A DNA stretch of 64,000 nt from Chlamydiia bacterium (GCA_963804085.1 CAWDOQ010000002.1:128001-192000); one strand, 5' to 3'; shown: positions 27,540 to 37,995, counted from the stretch's first letter. Program-made: numbers and translations. The notes: generated from the sequence alone by a model not told the origin.

Positions 27540-28469
27540 ATGGATGGGGCTATAGAAAATATTATAGTTGGCGAGGGGGACGGGGGGGTGCGGCTGGATA
27601 GGCTGCTGGTGCTCCGCTTTCCTGCTTATTCGCGCACCTACTTCCAGTTTCTGATTGAAACTGGCGGGGTATTGGTTAATGGTGAAAAGATCAAAAAGCG
27701 CACGCTTCCTGAGGTGGGCGATGAGATCGAGATCTGCTTTCTTCTCACCCCCGAACTCTCTTTAGCGCCTGAAAACATTCCTCTAGACATCTTGTTCGAA
27801 GATGAGCACCTGCTCGCGATCAACAAACCTGCGGGGATGGTCGTCCACCCGGCTCCGGGCCACTTCTCGGGGACATTTGTCCACGCGCTCCTCTTTCACT
27901 GCAATCTCCAAACAGATGCAGGAAACCTTCGCCCAGGCATCGTCCACAGACTGGACAAAGAAACAACCGGGGTGCTTCTTGCAGCCAAAACCATGCAGGC
28001 GCACGAGAAACTCGTTTCGCTCTTCTCCTCACGAAAAATCCAAAAGCACTACTTAGCACTCTGCCTCGGCAAGCCCGCCAATGCCATCATCGATGCACCT
28101 ATTGCACGCCATCCGACACGACGCAAAGAGATGGCTGTCTGTTTAGAAAAGGGCAAAGAAGCGATCACGCGCCTAAAACTACTTGGATTTAAGGATAACC
28201 TCTCTTTAATCGAAGTCGAGCTGGTTACAGGGCGCACACATCAGATCCGCGTACACATGAAACATATCGGCTTTCCTGTGATTGGCGATCCACTCTATGG
28301 CTCTTCTTCCACCAACAAAAAATATGGAGCTGTGCGCCAGCTTCTGCATGCACATAGACTGCAATTCATCCACCCTTTCACAGGAAAGAGCGTAGAACTA
28401 AAGGCTCCACTCCCTGCTGATTTCTCCCACTTTCTCGCCATTCAAAATTTTGTGACTGGATGTATATAA
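27540..28469 (+). CDS. rluD: RluA/RluD family pseudouridine synthase
   Basis: S4-like RLDRLL, INKPAGMVVHPAPG, GIVHRLDKETTG, TGRTHQIRVH, GDPLYG. Confidence 0.92.
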   Translation: MDGAIENIIVGEGDGGVRLDRLLVLRFPAYSRTYFQFLIETGGVLVNGEKIKKRTLPEVGDEIEICFLLTPELSLAPENIPLDILFEDEHLLAINKPAGMVVHPAPGHFSGTFVHALLFHCNLQTDAGNLRPGIVHRLDKETTGVLLAAKTMQAHEKLVSLFSSRKIQKHYLALCLGKPANAIIDAPIARHPTRRKEMAVCLEKGKEAITRLKLLGFKDNLSLIEVELVTGRTHQIRVHMKHIGFPVIGDPLYGSSSTNKKYGAVRQLLHAHRLQFIHPFTGKSVELKAPLPADFSHFLAIQNFVTGCI

Positions 28470-28520
28470 CTATTTTAAGTATAGTTTTATTTTAACCAGA
28501 TTCCTATTGGAGATCGAGTT

Positions 28521-28787
28521 ATGAAAGAGTTTGTGGAATACATCGTAAAAAATCTTGTTGATAATCCTGACAAAGTCCGTATCAATGAGATCGGCGGCAC
28601 GCACACGTTGATTATCGAACTTTCGGTAGAAAAATCAGATATCGGCAAGATCATCGGTAAAAAAGGCAAGACGATCAATGCGATCCGCACCTTGCTCATG
28701 TCCGTTGCAAGCCGCAACGGCATACGCGTGAATCTAGAAATCCTGGAAGAAGAAGGCGCTGTAAAAGCCCCGACTACTGCTACTTAA
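28521..28787 (+). CDS. khpA: KH-domain RNA-binding protein (UPF0109, KhpA)
   Basis: MKEFVEYIVKNLVDNPDKV...DIGKIIGKKGKTINAIRTLL. Confidence 0.93.
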   Translation: MKEFVEYIVKNLVDNPDKVRINEIGGTHTLIIELSVEKSDIGKIIGKKGKTINAIRTLLMSVASRNGIRVNLEILEEEGAVKAPTTAT

Positions 28788-28791
28788 AGAA

Positions 28792-29733
28792 TTGCTGTTT
28801 CTATTCTTGATACCAGCGCTTCTTTACGCTGGTGCGTTGCAAGCCAAAGATACCCCGAACGATACCGCTGTTACCTATTTTGTCAGTCCAGGGCGTTTTG
28901 GCGATCAGATTCTTTGCTACTTGCACGCCAAATGGATCTCTTACCATTACGGCTTTCCTCTGCTCTATAAGCCCTTTCTTCATTCCGAAAAGTTTGCTCT
29001 CCATGAAAAAGAGGAGCTCTGGACAGAAGAAAAACAGGCCTGTTTTGAACAGGTTGTGACACACATGAAGAATGGAAGTTTTGAACGGCCGCTCTCTGGT
29101 TCGCGGCTATACTTCATCCCTTTTTTTTCTGATTTAGCAGAAGATCACGTTCTTCAACCCAACTGGACAACATTTGCTGTCGATTGGAAGGATGAAGGCT
29201 TCCGAAAAGTGCTGCGCGAGTTGTTTGCTCCTCTTAAAGAGCACTCTTTTGCAGGAGTTATTCAGGACAAAAGCTATCTCACAGTTGCGGTGCATGTCAG
29301 AAAGGGTGGGGGGTATGACTTTGCCTGCGCCCATATGGTCTGGCCGCTCAGATTTCCTCCTCTTAGCTACTACGTCGAGTGTTTGTATAAGTTATCTCTA
29401 ATGTGTCCAGATAGGCCCATCTACGCCTATGTTTTTACAGATGATCCCAACCCTCAGAAGATCGCATCGGAATTAGAGAAAAGGCTTAGAGGCATGCCGA
29501 TCACCATTGCATGTAGATCAAGCGAAGATCAAAAAAGCTCCGCCGCCATTGAAGATCTCTTTGCGATGATGCGTTTTGACTGTCTCATCCGCTCTCTTTC
29601 CAACTTCTCTCTTCTTCCCACTCTCATTTGCGACTATCAAGTGGTAATGACACCCAAACACAGCTACTGGTTAGTATTGGAGAATCTCACAGTGGAAAAT
29701 TATATCGATGAGATAGAGATGTTAACTCGTTAA
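28792..29733 (+). CDS. Glycosyltransferase, GT11 (alpha-1,2-fucosyltransferase)-like, with signal peptide
   Basis: GRFGDQ, AVHVRKGG, YVFTDDP, SNFS motifs resemble GT11 (GRLGNQ, HVRRGD, FSDD, STFS). Confidence 0.6.
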   Translation: MLFLFLIPALLYAGALQAKDTPNDTAVTYFVSPGRFGDQILCYLHAKWISYHYGFPLLYKPFLHSEKFALHEKEELWTEEKQACFEQVVTHMKNGSFERPLSGSRLYFIPFFSDLAEDHVLQPNWTTFAVDWKDEGFRKVLRELFAPLKEHSFAGVIQDKSYLTVAVHVRKGGGYDFACAHMVWPLRFPPLSYYVECLYKLSLMCPDRPIYAYVFTDDPNPQKIASELEKRLRGMPITIACRSSEDQKSSAAIEDLFAMMRFDCLIRSLSNFSLLPTLICDYQVVMTPKHSYWLVLENLTVENYIDEIEMLTR

Positions 29734-32363
29734 TTGGGGAAGGCAGGGCGAGACTTGCGCCTTGCGAGAGTTGATCGATCCCGCATTGTATTTAAGAACT
29801 GCGATCGGAAGACCAGTTTTAGATACGATCGTGCGAGGGATCGGCAAAAAGCTCTCTTTAAAAATCAGATCTAGCTCTTTAGCATTTTCGCCAAAAAACT
29901 CGACCGTACAACGGTTGCCCACGATTTGCGGCAGATGGCGGAACGCATTTAAAAAACTCTTGAGATGCTCCACTGCTTGTTCGACCGATGGAATCCAGAT
30001 CCAGAGCTCATCCTGATGCTTATATTTACCTGCTGTCCCGGCAAAAAGATCTTCTGCGCCCGCGATCGTGCTGATCATGTGCATATGCAGATCGATCTCG
30101 CCCTTCTCTTTGTGCATGAGATGCGCATCCTCATACCAGGCTTTTCTAAGCTTGGCTGCATGTTTTAAAAACGAGGGAATATTCTTTGCAAACATCTTTG
30201 TCTGCCCGACTCTACAGCAGCCATTTTGCTCTTTTGTATCGACAAAGATGCTAGAAGGACGCCCCTTCAAGCAGAGCTGAATGTTCTTCTCGACTGCCTG
30301 CTCTTTGGCTTTGTAAATTTTGCGATAGAGCGAGTACATATCGATATTTTGCAAGATGCGCTTTGCAGCGAGTGTGACAAAATCTGAGCCTTGTGGAAGA
30401 TCGTCGAAAGAGATGACCTCCACCTCTTTTTTTAGCATGAGCGATTTAAGGCGATTTAAAAGAGAGGCGACGCACAGAACGTCTTTAAAGGAGACCTTTG
30501 TTAAAAGATCGGTGTCATCTAAAATCGCATAGAGAAAGTGCATATATTCGAGCGCTTCTCGCGTAGGATCGACAAAGTAGTCGCCTGTTTTCTCGGATGC
30601 CAGCTGTTTTTGAAGAAGCCTCTGCATGAGCCGTTTGTTCTCAGGCGTTGAAAGGTCTTTGGCGACCTCTTTTCTCTCCGCTTCCATGGTTGCACGCGTC
30701 ATGCCGCCTACACCATGAGCATCATTGATCTTAAAAGCGAGCTGGGCCACGAGCGCATTGGAAGATTGAGAGTCGGAGAGCTGCGCTACCAGAGGAGAGT
30801 GTGTTAAAAGCGAGCTCTTGTGATGGTCGATCACGCTGATCACCTCGAGATAAGAGGGGATCTTTGTCTCTTCACGATTGCAAAAATCGCGAAGTGTCAC
30901 CGTACCAAGAATCGGCTTCAAAAGATCCCGCGCATGGACCACACCTAAAGGGATTGCTCTCCCTTCTTTATCAGAAGTGGTCACCGTAAGAGAGGAGTAG
31001 GAGCCCATTTTGCTGCGGATCTCTTCAAGATCTGCGCGGTAGCTTAGCATCTGAGGGAGGTAGCCAAAGACCTCGATTTTGATTTTTAATGCGACATCGA
31101 GTCTTTCGACATAGTTTCTCACGCTTTGAATCGCTTGCGTTAACCCTTTGATGATCTTTTCCAGATGGTGGAAGATACGCGGACGGTTTTCTACAAGATA
31201 GCCGGATCTATCAAACAAGTTAGATTTTTTGAGCGACTCGAAGAGATTAATAAAGTCTTGAAAGTCGGAAAGAGAAAGCGCTTTCATTGCGAGCGCAAAC
31301 TCTTCAAAAGTACTATCTAACCCCTCCTTCACCAGCAGCACTCTAGTAAGATAGTCGGCCAGTTGCTGCTTGTGCCTTTCGCTAAACTCCTGCACAGGCT
31401 CTGCATCTCGAATGCGTATCCCAAAGATGGAACTTACAAAAGCAGGAAAGTCTTTTGAGGAGAGATTTTCTTTTGCGAATAAAGAGATCAGCTTGACGTG
31501 TAAATTGTTTTCAAACCAGCGCAGAGTCTGGTTGAGAAGAAGAAGGACGTGACGCACACCTTCGACATCGATGGTACGCCAGTCGCCTATGTAAAAACCG
31601 AGCTCATCGACCAGGACGACTGCGTTTTGACGAACGCTCATGTTCGATGTTAAGCGTCGGCTCATCCATCTGCTTTTTCACCACACCTTTTTGGCTCAAG
31701 AGATCGAGACTCGAAATCGCAAGCGATGTACGCGCCTTAGCTAGATGCGTAAAAAGACCCTCTCCAAAAATCTGATTGAAGAGCAAGTCCACTTCTATCT
31801 GCGGAGGCGGCACTCCACCCGGAAGGTTCCAGACATGAAGTTTTTCGCCCACGCGCGCTGCAAAAGCGTCTACCCATCCCCAAAAAGAGGCGACAGTCGT
31901 GTCGAGATCAGGAGAGCTATGCGCTGTCACAAAATGGCTGCCGGGATGGACTTTGCCCATACCAACGGGAAAGTAGATCTGGTACTCGTCGCGTGGAATA
32001 TACTTGCCGGCGATGTGCGCACGCACGCGGTAATTATCCTCATCCGACAGGCCCGAGAACTGGTTGAGCCAGAGCTCGAAGTGGGAGAAGGTGTATATCT
32101 CAAGCACCTTCATCTCAGCGATCTGTTCGATATAATCGGTCACAGCAGGCAACAGGAAGCCGGGAGTAGGCGCGCTTTGAATCAAGTCGCAGAAGCAGGC
32201 GGTTGATCCGCTCTGTCTTTTGCATCTCATTGAGTCGTAAAAATTCTTTGGCGCGAAACTCCCTAAAAACCTTATCCAAATTTTTAAATTTGTACGGAGA
32301 GAGAACAAAGTCTCCGAGATAAGAGGTCTGCTTCTTGAGCTTCACACTTTTACGCTTTGCCAT
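29722..32363 (-). CDS. Large DHH-family (family II, Mn-dependent pyrophosphatase-like) protein with CBS-like insert; two frameshifts (near 32195 and 31632)
   Basis: AHSSPDLDT, VIDHHK, AILDDTDLL motifs, plus CBS-like VVLVDELGFYIG and LGVVHARDLL. Split across ORFs 32115..32369, 31604..32308 and 29722..31665. Confidence 0.7.
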
Positions 32364-32379
32364 AACCACCTTGAAAAAT

Positions 32380-32452
32380 CGGATTGAGCAGGACTCGAAC
32401 CTGCGACCGCCCGCTTAGAAGGCGGGTGCTCTATCCACTGAGCTATCAATCC
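32380..32452 (-). tRNA. tRNA-Arg (TCT)
   Basis: Reverse complement GGATTGATAGCTCAGTGGATAGAGCA-CCCGC-CTTCTAA-GCGGG-CGGTCGCAGGTTCGAGTCCTGCTCAATCCG. Confidence 0.95.
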
Positions 32453-32519
32453 AAAACACCCAATTCTACCGCCCCACCCCCAATCTGGCAAGACTAAGAT
32501 TGCGTTAACCCTTCTTCTA

Positions 32520-32617
32520 CGTGCCCTTGCCCTGGCCCTGCCCGTGCCCGATTTTGCGGCGTTAGCCGCTGTGAATTTTTTAATTCGGGCAAGGGCACGG
32601 GCAGGGGCACGGGCACG
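32520..32617. repeat. Family A palindromic repeat, copy 6 (variant loop)
   Basis: CGTGCCCTTGCCC...CCCGAT...TAATTCGGGCAAGGGCACGGGCAGGGGCACGGGCACG. Confidence 0.8.
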
Positions 32618-32618
32618 T

Positions 32619-34208
32619 TTACTTGTCAGTGGGGATGAGATTGCTGTCTTCTTGGGCTTGGGTTAGCTTGCGGTAGTCTTCGAAGGAGCGGATGATGTGG
32701 GGGCGCACGAAGATGATCACGTTGCGCTTTTCATCTTGTCGCTTGGTTTTGCTAAAGGCGGCGCCGATGCCGGGGAGACCGCCGAGACAGGGAATGCCCG
32801 CCTTGTGGTGAGACTTGGCATTGCGGATCATGCCGCTTAACACCAAGAAGTGTTTGTCGGGAACGTGGACGTGCGTGACCATGTTTGTCTTGGTAGTCCT
32901 AATGCCATTTGCCGATGAGTTGGACACCATCGGATTTTCGCCAAGACTCTCCGTAATCTCCTCGCTTAAATCGAGAGTGATCACATCATCTTCGCCAAGC
33001 ATGGGCGTGATGCTCAAACTCACGCCGATGTCGCGGTACTCGACATTGGCAGTGGTCTGCTGGCTTTGACCCACCGTCTGCACAACCGAACCTGTAAAGG
33101 GAATGTTATCTCCGACAAATATCTTAGAGTTCTTGTTGTCCTGAGTGATGATCTTCTGATTGAGCACAATCGTGCTATCCGCATCCATTTGAAGCGCCGA
33201 TACGAGCGCGCCCAAAGAGAGATAAGATCTCCCCTTATGCATGATCAGATCGCCAATCACACCCAAATCAAAGCCGCTTCCAACCGGAATCTGATTGAGT
33301 CCTGTCGGAGTCGAACTCGCGTTTATCCCCTGTATCGTTTTTCCAAATCCGCCACCACCATTTCCATTAGGAGCAAAGTTTCCACCGCCAAAGCCGATCT
33401 TATCCAGCTTGCCGCCAGCCGCCCACTGCAGTCCAAACTCGGACCCCTTTCTCAAATCGGTCTCCACGACCAAAACCTCAATAAAGACCTGTCTTAAAGG
33501 AACATCTAAAGAGGAGATCAGCTTTTTCAAACTCTCGATTGTTTCCGGATCGCCCGAGCAGAGAAGAGAGTTGGTTGCCTTTACCCACTGCATCGACTGA
33601 ATCGAATTTAAAAGCTTCACCGGTCTGTCTGGCTGGCTTTGCAGATCCGCTGCGATCTTTTTGATAGAAGATTCGATCTCAGAGCCTTGATGGTATTGCA
33701 ATTTATAGACGAAAAACTCTGCGGGTAGAGAGGAGCCCGAAGGAGCAAAAAGATCTGAAGAAGAGGTGAGACGCGAAGAAGAAGGGGGCGACGAACCTTT
33801 AGAAGCATCCGCTGTATCTACAGAACCATGAGAAGCACTCCCCTTCTCTCCGGATCTATGGATGACGTAATAGTTTTCTTCTCTTGTCACACCCATGCCG
33901 TGTGCGCGCAGCATCTGGATAAGCGCTTTGAGCACATTATCAGAGCTCACCGCTTTACCCGATGCTAAGGTGACATTGAATTGAAGCTCCTTATTATTAT
34001 AAATGAAGTTCACTTCAGAGATCTTGCTCACAAAACGGATCACTTCAACGATCGGCACATCGTTGAAGTTGATGTTGTGCCCGCGCTCATCTCTAAAAGG
34101 AGAAGAAAAAGCGATCTCCTCTCCCTTTAAAGAAGCAAAAGGAGAAAGAGCGATCAGGCTACTCATCCAAACAATCTTGTGTGCAACTTTCCGAATCATT
34201 TTTTTCAT
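32619..34208 (-). CDS. Secretin (GspD/SctC family) outer-membrane protein
   Basis: Signal peptide, INFNDVPIVEVIRFVSKI, LDVPLRQVFIEVLVVE, IFVGDNIPF, YRDIGVSLSITP, GIPCLGGLPGIGAAF, IIFVRPHII. Confidence 0.9.
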   Translation of the reverse strand: MKKMIRKVAHKIVWMSSLIALSPFASLKGEEIAFSSPFRDERGHNINFNDVPIVEVIRFVSKISEVNFIYNNKELQFNVTLASGKAVSSDNVLKALIQMLRAHGMGVTREENYYVIHRSGEKGSASHGSVDTADASKGSSPPSSSRLTSSSDLFAPSGSSLPAEFFVYKLQYHQGSEIESSIKKIAADLQSQPDRPVKLLNSIQSMQWVKATNSLLCSGDPETIESLKKLISSLDVPLRQVFIEVLVVETDLRKGSEFGLQWAAGGKLDKIGFGGGNFAPNGNGGGGFGKTIQGINASSTPTGLNQIPVGSGFDLGVIGDLIMHKGRSYLSLGALVSALQMDADSTIVLNQKIITQDNKNSKIFVGDNIPFTGSVVQTVGQSQQTTANVEYRDIGVSLSITPMLGEDDVITLDLSEEITESLGENPMVSNSSANGIRTTKTNMVTHVHVPDKHFLVLSGMIRNAKSHHKAGIPCLGGLPGIGAAFSKTKRQDEKRNVIIFVRPHIIRSFEDYRKLTQAQEDSNLIPTDK

Positions 34209-34350
34209 TTCCGCTTCTGGGTGTTATGGCACGCCACGAACATCTTATGAATGTTTGTTCTTTTTTTTCCACAAAAAATTTAGATGATTTTTTTGTTGCT
34301 AAAATCTCATTTCATACTGATACTAACGCCGCTGTGAGGAGTCATTTATC

Positions 34351-34869
34351 ATGAAAACTAAAGCTACGACAATCGATAACTTCGATATCAAGATCCACGA
34401 GCGGTATGCGCAAGATCAGGTCGCTCTCGATAAAACATTCATCGTAGAATCAGCTCTTCTCTCTGCTCATTTTGAGATCACCGGCACCTCTTCTATCTAC
34501 TCTTCCAAATGGGAAGAGCTGTTCGAGATCAATATCCGCAATATTCCCTGGGCTGCGTTCACTCCTCCTCCGCGCTACCATAAACAAGCAAAGCGCTTCT
34601 TTTCGTATCGCATCCTCCCCACCATTTATGTGGAAGATGAGGATGAAGAAGAAGGCGAAGAGCAGAAACAGCATGAGGAGTCTGAAGAGAAGAAGAGAGC
34701 AAAAGAGATTCTAAAAAAGGCGCACTCTGCCAAAAAGGGGGCATCCGAAGACCCTTACCTCTTTGAAAGAGACAAGAGCACCATCATTAACCTATTGCAA
34801 TCTGTCGTGCATCTTAATAAGCTCCTGACTCAAGTGTACTCGCGAAAATTGCAGTACCAGAAGGGGTAA
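34351..34869 (+). CDS. Conserved chlamydial hypothetical protein (DUF5399-like)
   Basis: TIDNFDIKIHERYAQDQ N-terminus, WAAFTPP, an acidic tract and a ...QYQKG C-terminus match the recalled family pattern. Confidence 0.6.
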   Translation: MKTKATTIDNFDIKIHERYAQDQVALDKTFIVESALLSAHFEITGTSSIYSSKWEELFEINIRNIPWAAFTPPPRYHKQAKRFFSYRILPTIYVEDEDEEEGEEQKQHEESEEKKRAKEILKKAHSAKKGASEDPYLFERDKSTIINLLQSVVHLNKLLTQVYSRKLQYQKG

Positions 34870-34871
34870 AT

Positions 34872-35654
34872 ATGAGCATCGCATTGAGCATCGTAGGCGC
34901 CACAGGAAAAATGGGGCGCAGCCTTCTTATGCTCGCTCTGAAAGACCCCTCTTTTAAAGTAGTGAGCGGCTCTGCGAGTTCGCGCTCGCCTCACATCGGT
35001 AAAGATTTAGCAGAGCTGCTAGCACTTGCACCGATCGGTGCACTTCTTGAGAGCAATGTCGAACCTGTCTTTGAAAAGGCGCATGTCGTCATCGACGTCT
35101 CTACCTCTGTTGCTACCATGAACCATCTTCAGATGGCAATAAAGCAGAGAAAACCTTTTATTATCGGCTCCACAGGACATAAAAGCGAAGAGAGGCTTGC
35201 AATTGAAACAGCCGGCAAAGAGATCCCTATTCTCTACGCCCCCAACTTCACCCTCGGCGTCTCTCTATGCAAACAGGCGATCAGCCTCTTTGCCAAACAT
35301 CTCAAAGATAGCTGCTATGTCGATATCATCGAGACACACCACACACAGAAAAAAGATGCGCCCAGCGGAACCGCTCTTTCTTTTGCAAGAGCCCTTAACT
35401 ATGGCCGCATCTGCCCCGGAACTGTCGTAGAACAGCCCAGATCCAAAGAGACAATTGCCATCCACTCCATTCGCAGCGGCGACGTCGTAGGCGAGCATAG
35501 AATCATCTTTGAATGCGCAGGAGAGCGGATCGAGATTAAGCATGAAGCCTTAACACGTGAAGCTTTTGCCAAAGGCGCCCTGAAAGCCGCACAGTTTCTC
35601 TCCAAACAGCCGGCCGGCTTTTACACCATGGAAGATATCGTCAAATATGAGTGA
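34872..35654 (+). CDS. dapB: 4-hydroxy-tetrahydrodipicolinate reductase
   Basis: GATGKMG, IIGSTG, APNFTLG, IETHHTQKKDAPSGTA, IRSGDVVGEH. Confidence 0.96.
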   Translation: MSIALSIVGATGKMGRSLLMLALKDPSFKVVSGSASSRSPHIGKDLAELLALAPIGALLESNVEPVFEKAHVVIDVSTSVATMNHLQMAIKQRKPFIIGSTGHKSEERLAIETAGKEIPILYAPNFTLGVSLCKQAISLFAKHLKDSCYVDIIETHHTQKKDAPSGTALSFARALNYGRICPGTVVEQPRSKETIAIHSIRSGDVVGEHRIIFECAGERIEIKHEALTREAFAKGALKAAQFLSKQPAGFYTMEDIVKYE

Positions 35655-36168
35655 TCGAGTCTATCTGGGACTTGGCAGTAACCTAGGCAACCGCCTCGTT
35701 CTTCTAGAATCCGCCTTCGAAGCAATCCAAAAGCTCCCCATGTGTTCCTGTTTTGAAGCTTCGAAAATTTACGAAACCAGTCCTGTCAGTCCCATCCCGC
35801 AAGGCCTCTTCCTCAATGCCGCTTGCAGCTTTCTAACAGACCTTTCGCCTGTCGATCTCCTCGCTCATCTTCAGCACATCGAGACCAAGCTCGGCAAAAC
35901 ACCAAAGCCCAAGACCGCCCCCCGCCCCATTGACATCGACATCCTCCTCTTCGGGCAAAAGCAGATAGACACCCCCACCCTCCAGATCCCCCACCCCCGA
36001 TGGCAAGAGCGCCTCTTTGTGCTCCTCCCCCTCCTCGACCTCACTGAGGAGATCCTCCTCCCCTCAGGAGAACCGATAAATCTGAACATGTTGCTCGTTA
36101 AACAGGCCGGGATTTTTTCCCCGCCGGAATTGGAGGTGGAGAGACGCATTCAGAACTTTTCCATTTGA
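35647..36168 (+). CDS. folK: 2-amino-4-hydroxy-6-hydroxymethyldihydropteridine diphosphokinase
   Basis: YLGLGSNLG, YETSP, FLNA, PRPIDIDILLFG, IPHPR..ERLFVL. Confidence 0.96.
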   Translation: MSDRVYLGLGSNLGNRLVLLESAFEAIQKLPMCSCFEASKIYETSPVSPIPQGLFLNAACSFLTDLSPVDLLAHLQHIETKLGKTPKPKTAPRPIDIDILLFGQKQIDTPTLQIPHPRWQERLFVLLPLLDLTEEILLPSGEPINLNMLLVKQAGIFSPPELEVERRIQNFSI

Positions 36169-36227
36169 AAAAACTAAGAATTTTCTTAAATTAGCTCCTC
36201 GTTGGGCGGAAAAGATTCCTGTTTTTT

Positions 36228-36494
36228 AGGCCCGAAGGGCTGTAATATCAAAGCCCAGGTCGAAGCGCAGCGGAGGCCTGGGTAACAAAAGATCCATGTG
36301 GAGTCCTGTAAGGACGGCATTTTCAAGGAGATTGAAGAACTCCTGCGTTAACGCAGGAGTTCTTCAATCTTTAGATGAAAAATATCTATGGGATTAGAAA
36401 TACCGTCCTTACAGGACTCAAGATAGGTGTTCGAAATTACCCAGGCCTCCGCTTCGCTTCGACCTGGGCTAGGGTATTGCAGCCCTTCAGGCCT
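36228..36494. repeat. Nested ~267-bp palindrome with a perfect 42-bp central palindrome
   Basis: AGGCCCGAAGGGCTG..GCCCAGGTCGAAGCGCAGCGGAGGCCTGGGTAA..GAGTCCTGTAAGGACGG mirrored on the right arm; centre 36329-36370 AGATTGAAGAACTCCTGCGTT|AACGCAGGAGTTCTTCAATCT. Confidence 0.85.
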
Positions 36495-36559
36495 TTAGAA
36501 ATCAGTTTGGCTTAGTCTTCCGTTGAAGAAAAGGGGGAGAAGTTCCATGATGGACGCAT

Positions 36560-37396
36560 ATGCATACCATCAAGGTAAAAGATATTTTAATTGGAGAGGG
36601 GCAGCCGCTCGCGGTTCTGTCGGGCCCTTGCGTAATCGAGAGTGAAGAGCATGCTCTTTTTGCTGCAGAGAGTTTGAAAGAGATCTTTGAAGAGGTGAAG
36701 CTCCCTCTCATCTACAAATCTAGCTACGACAAAGCCAATCGCTCCTCCTACCACTCTTTTCGTGGGCCCGGACTCGAGCAGGGGCTGCGCATCTTAGAAA
36801 AAGTCAAAAGAGAGTTTGGTCTGCCTGTGCTCACCGATGTGCATTCGCCCGAAGAGGCAAGAGCCGCGGCTGAGGTGTGTGACATGATCCAGATCCCTGC
36901 TTTTTTATGCCGCCAGACGGATCTCCTCACGGCAGCCGGAGAAACGGGCATCCCTGTCAATGTCAAAAAGGGTCAGTTCCTGGCGCCTTGGGATATGGCA
37001 AACGTAATAGACAAGCTCCTTTCGACCGGCAACAAAAACATCCTTCTGACTGATCGCGGAACCTCGTTTGGCTACAACAATTTAGTGAGCGATATGCGAG
37101 CGATTCCGCTTATGCAGCGCTTAAACTTTCCCGTCTGCTATGACGCTTCCCACTCTGTTATGACACCGGGCGGCAATGGCCAGACATCGGGCGGCCAGCG
37201 CGATATGATCCCCTACCTTGCAAAAGCAGCAATCGCAGCAGGGGCAAACGCGCTCTTTGTCGAAGCGCATAACAACCCCAAAGAGGCCAAGAGCGACAAG
37301 GACTCCGTTCTCGCATTTTCTGAGCTTAAAGAGCTCCTCATCCAGCTTAAACAAATTTATCAAATCGTACAGAAAACAGCATGTTCCGTGGAGTAA
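36560..37396 (+). CDS. kdsA: KDO-8-phosphate synthase
   Basis: GPCVIES, KSSYDKANRSS, QIPAFLCRQTDL, NVKKGQF, DASHSV. Confidence 0.97.
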   Translation: MHTIKVKDILIGEGQPLAVLSGPCVIESEEHALFAAESLKEIFEEVKLPLIYKSSYDKANRSSYHSFRGPGLEQGLRILEKVKREFGLPVLTDVHSPEEARAAAEVCDMIQIPAFLCRQTDLLTAAGETGIPVNVKKGQFLAPWDMANVIDKLLSTGNKNILLTDRGTSFGYNNLVSDMRAIPLMQRLNFPVCYDASHSVMTPGGNGQTSGGQRDMIPYLAKAAIAAGANALFVEAHNNPKEAKSDKDSVLAFSELKELLIQLKQIYQIVQKTACSVE

Positions 37397-37995
37397 CACT
37401 ACTCTCGCTTCTTATCTTTGCCATTTGTGCTCTTGTCTGGGGCGCCTTTGTCTCTATCGTGCGTCCGAGCGACATCGCTTTTTACAAGAAACTCGTGCGC
37501 GACCACGAGGCTGCCTCTTCGTCGCAAGCTCTCTCCTCGTGCGCCTATCAGACAAGACAAGGGGTACGTAAAGACATCTGGGCGACGCAAGACGATGGCT
37601 CGCGTTTGCACTACCTGATCGAAAGCGAATCTTCTCTGCTCTCTATGCACGTTAAGCAGAACCATTTCGACATCGTGGAAAATCTTGAGAAGATCCACTG
37701 CTGGATGCAAGACAAGCTCTACTTTTCAAATGAGAAGCGCCCCATGCAACAAGTGCGTTTTTTTGAAGCGGATCAAGGCACCTACCACTACTCGACCCAA
37801 AAGTTTGCAGCGCAAAGCGTCGCTCTCTCTTTGTCGCGCCTGGGCGGCCACGATCTTAAAGATTTTGACCATCAAAATGCATTCGTCCGCGGCATCGCAG
37901 AGGATGTCACCTTTTGCGTCTCGGGAAAAAATCCGCAATTCCAAGCACAAAACTTTAAAGCTAGTTTTACTCCTAGCAAAGGAAAAGGCGCATGA
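37381..37995 (+). CDS. Membrane-anchored protein in the kdsA-lptB operon (LptC-like position)
   Basis: Single N-terminal TM helix followed by a beta-rich periplasmic region; sits between kdsA and the OstA-like gene. Confidence 0.55.
   Translation: MFRGVTLLSLLIFAICALVWGAFVSIVRPSDIAFYKKLVRDHEAASSSQALSSCAYQTRQGVRKDIWATQDDGSRLHYLIESESSLLSMHVKQNHFDIVENLEKIHCWMQDKLYFSNEKRPMQQVRFFEADQGTYHYSTQKFAAQSVALSLSRLGGHDLKDFDHQNAFVRGIAEDVTFCVSGKNPQFQAQNFKASFTPSKGKGA

Noticed and set aside
26871-27555. Cluster of overlapping 68-121 aa ORFs on both strands, plus the GTG/TTG-start N-terminal extension of rluD
   Set aside because: All fall within the GC-rich composite palindrome, are Arg/Ala-rich, and lack an RBS or domain motif; they are by-products of the repeat.
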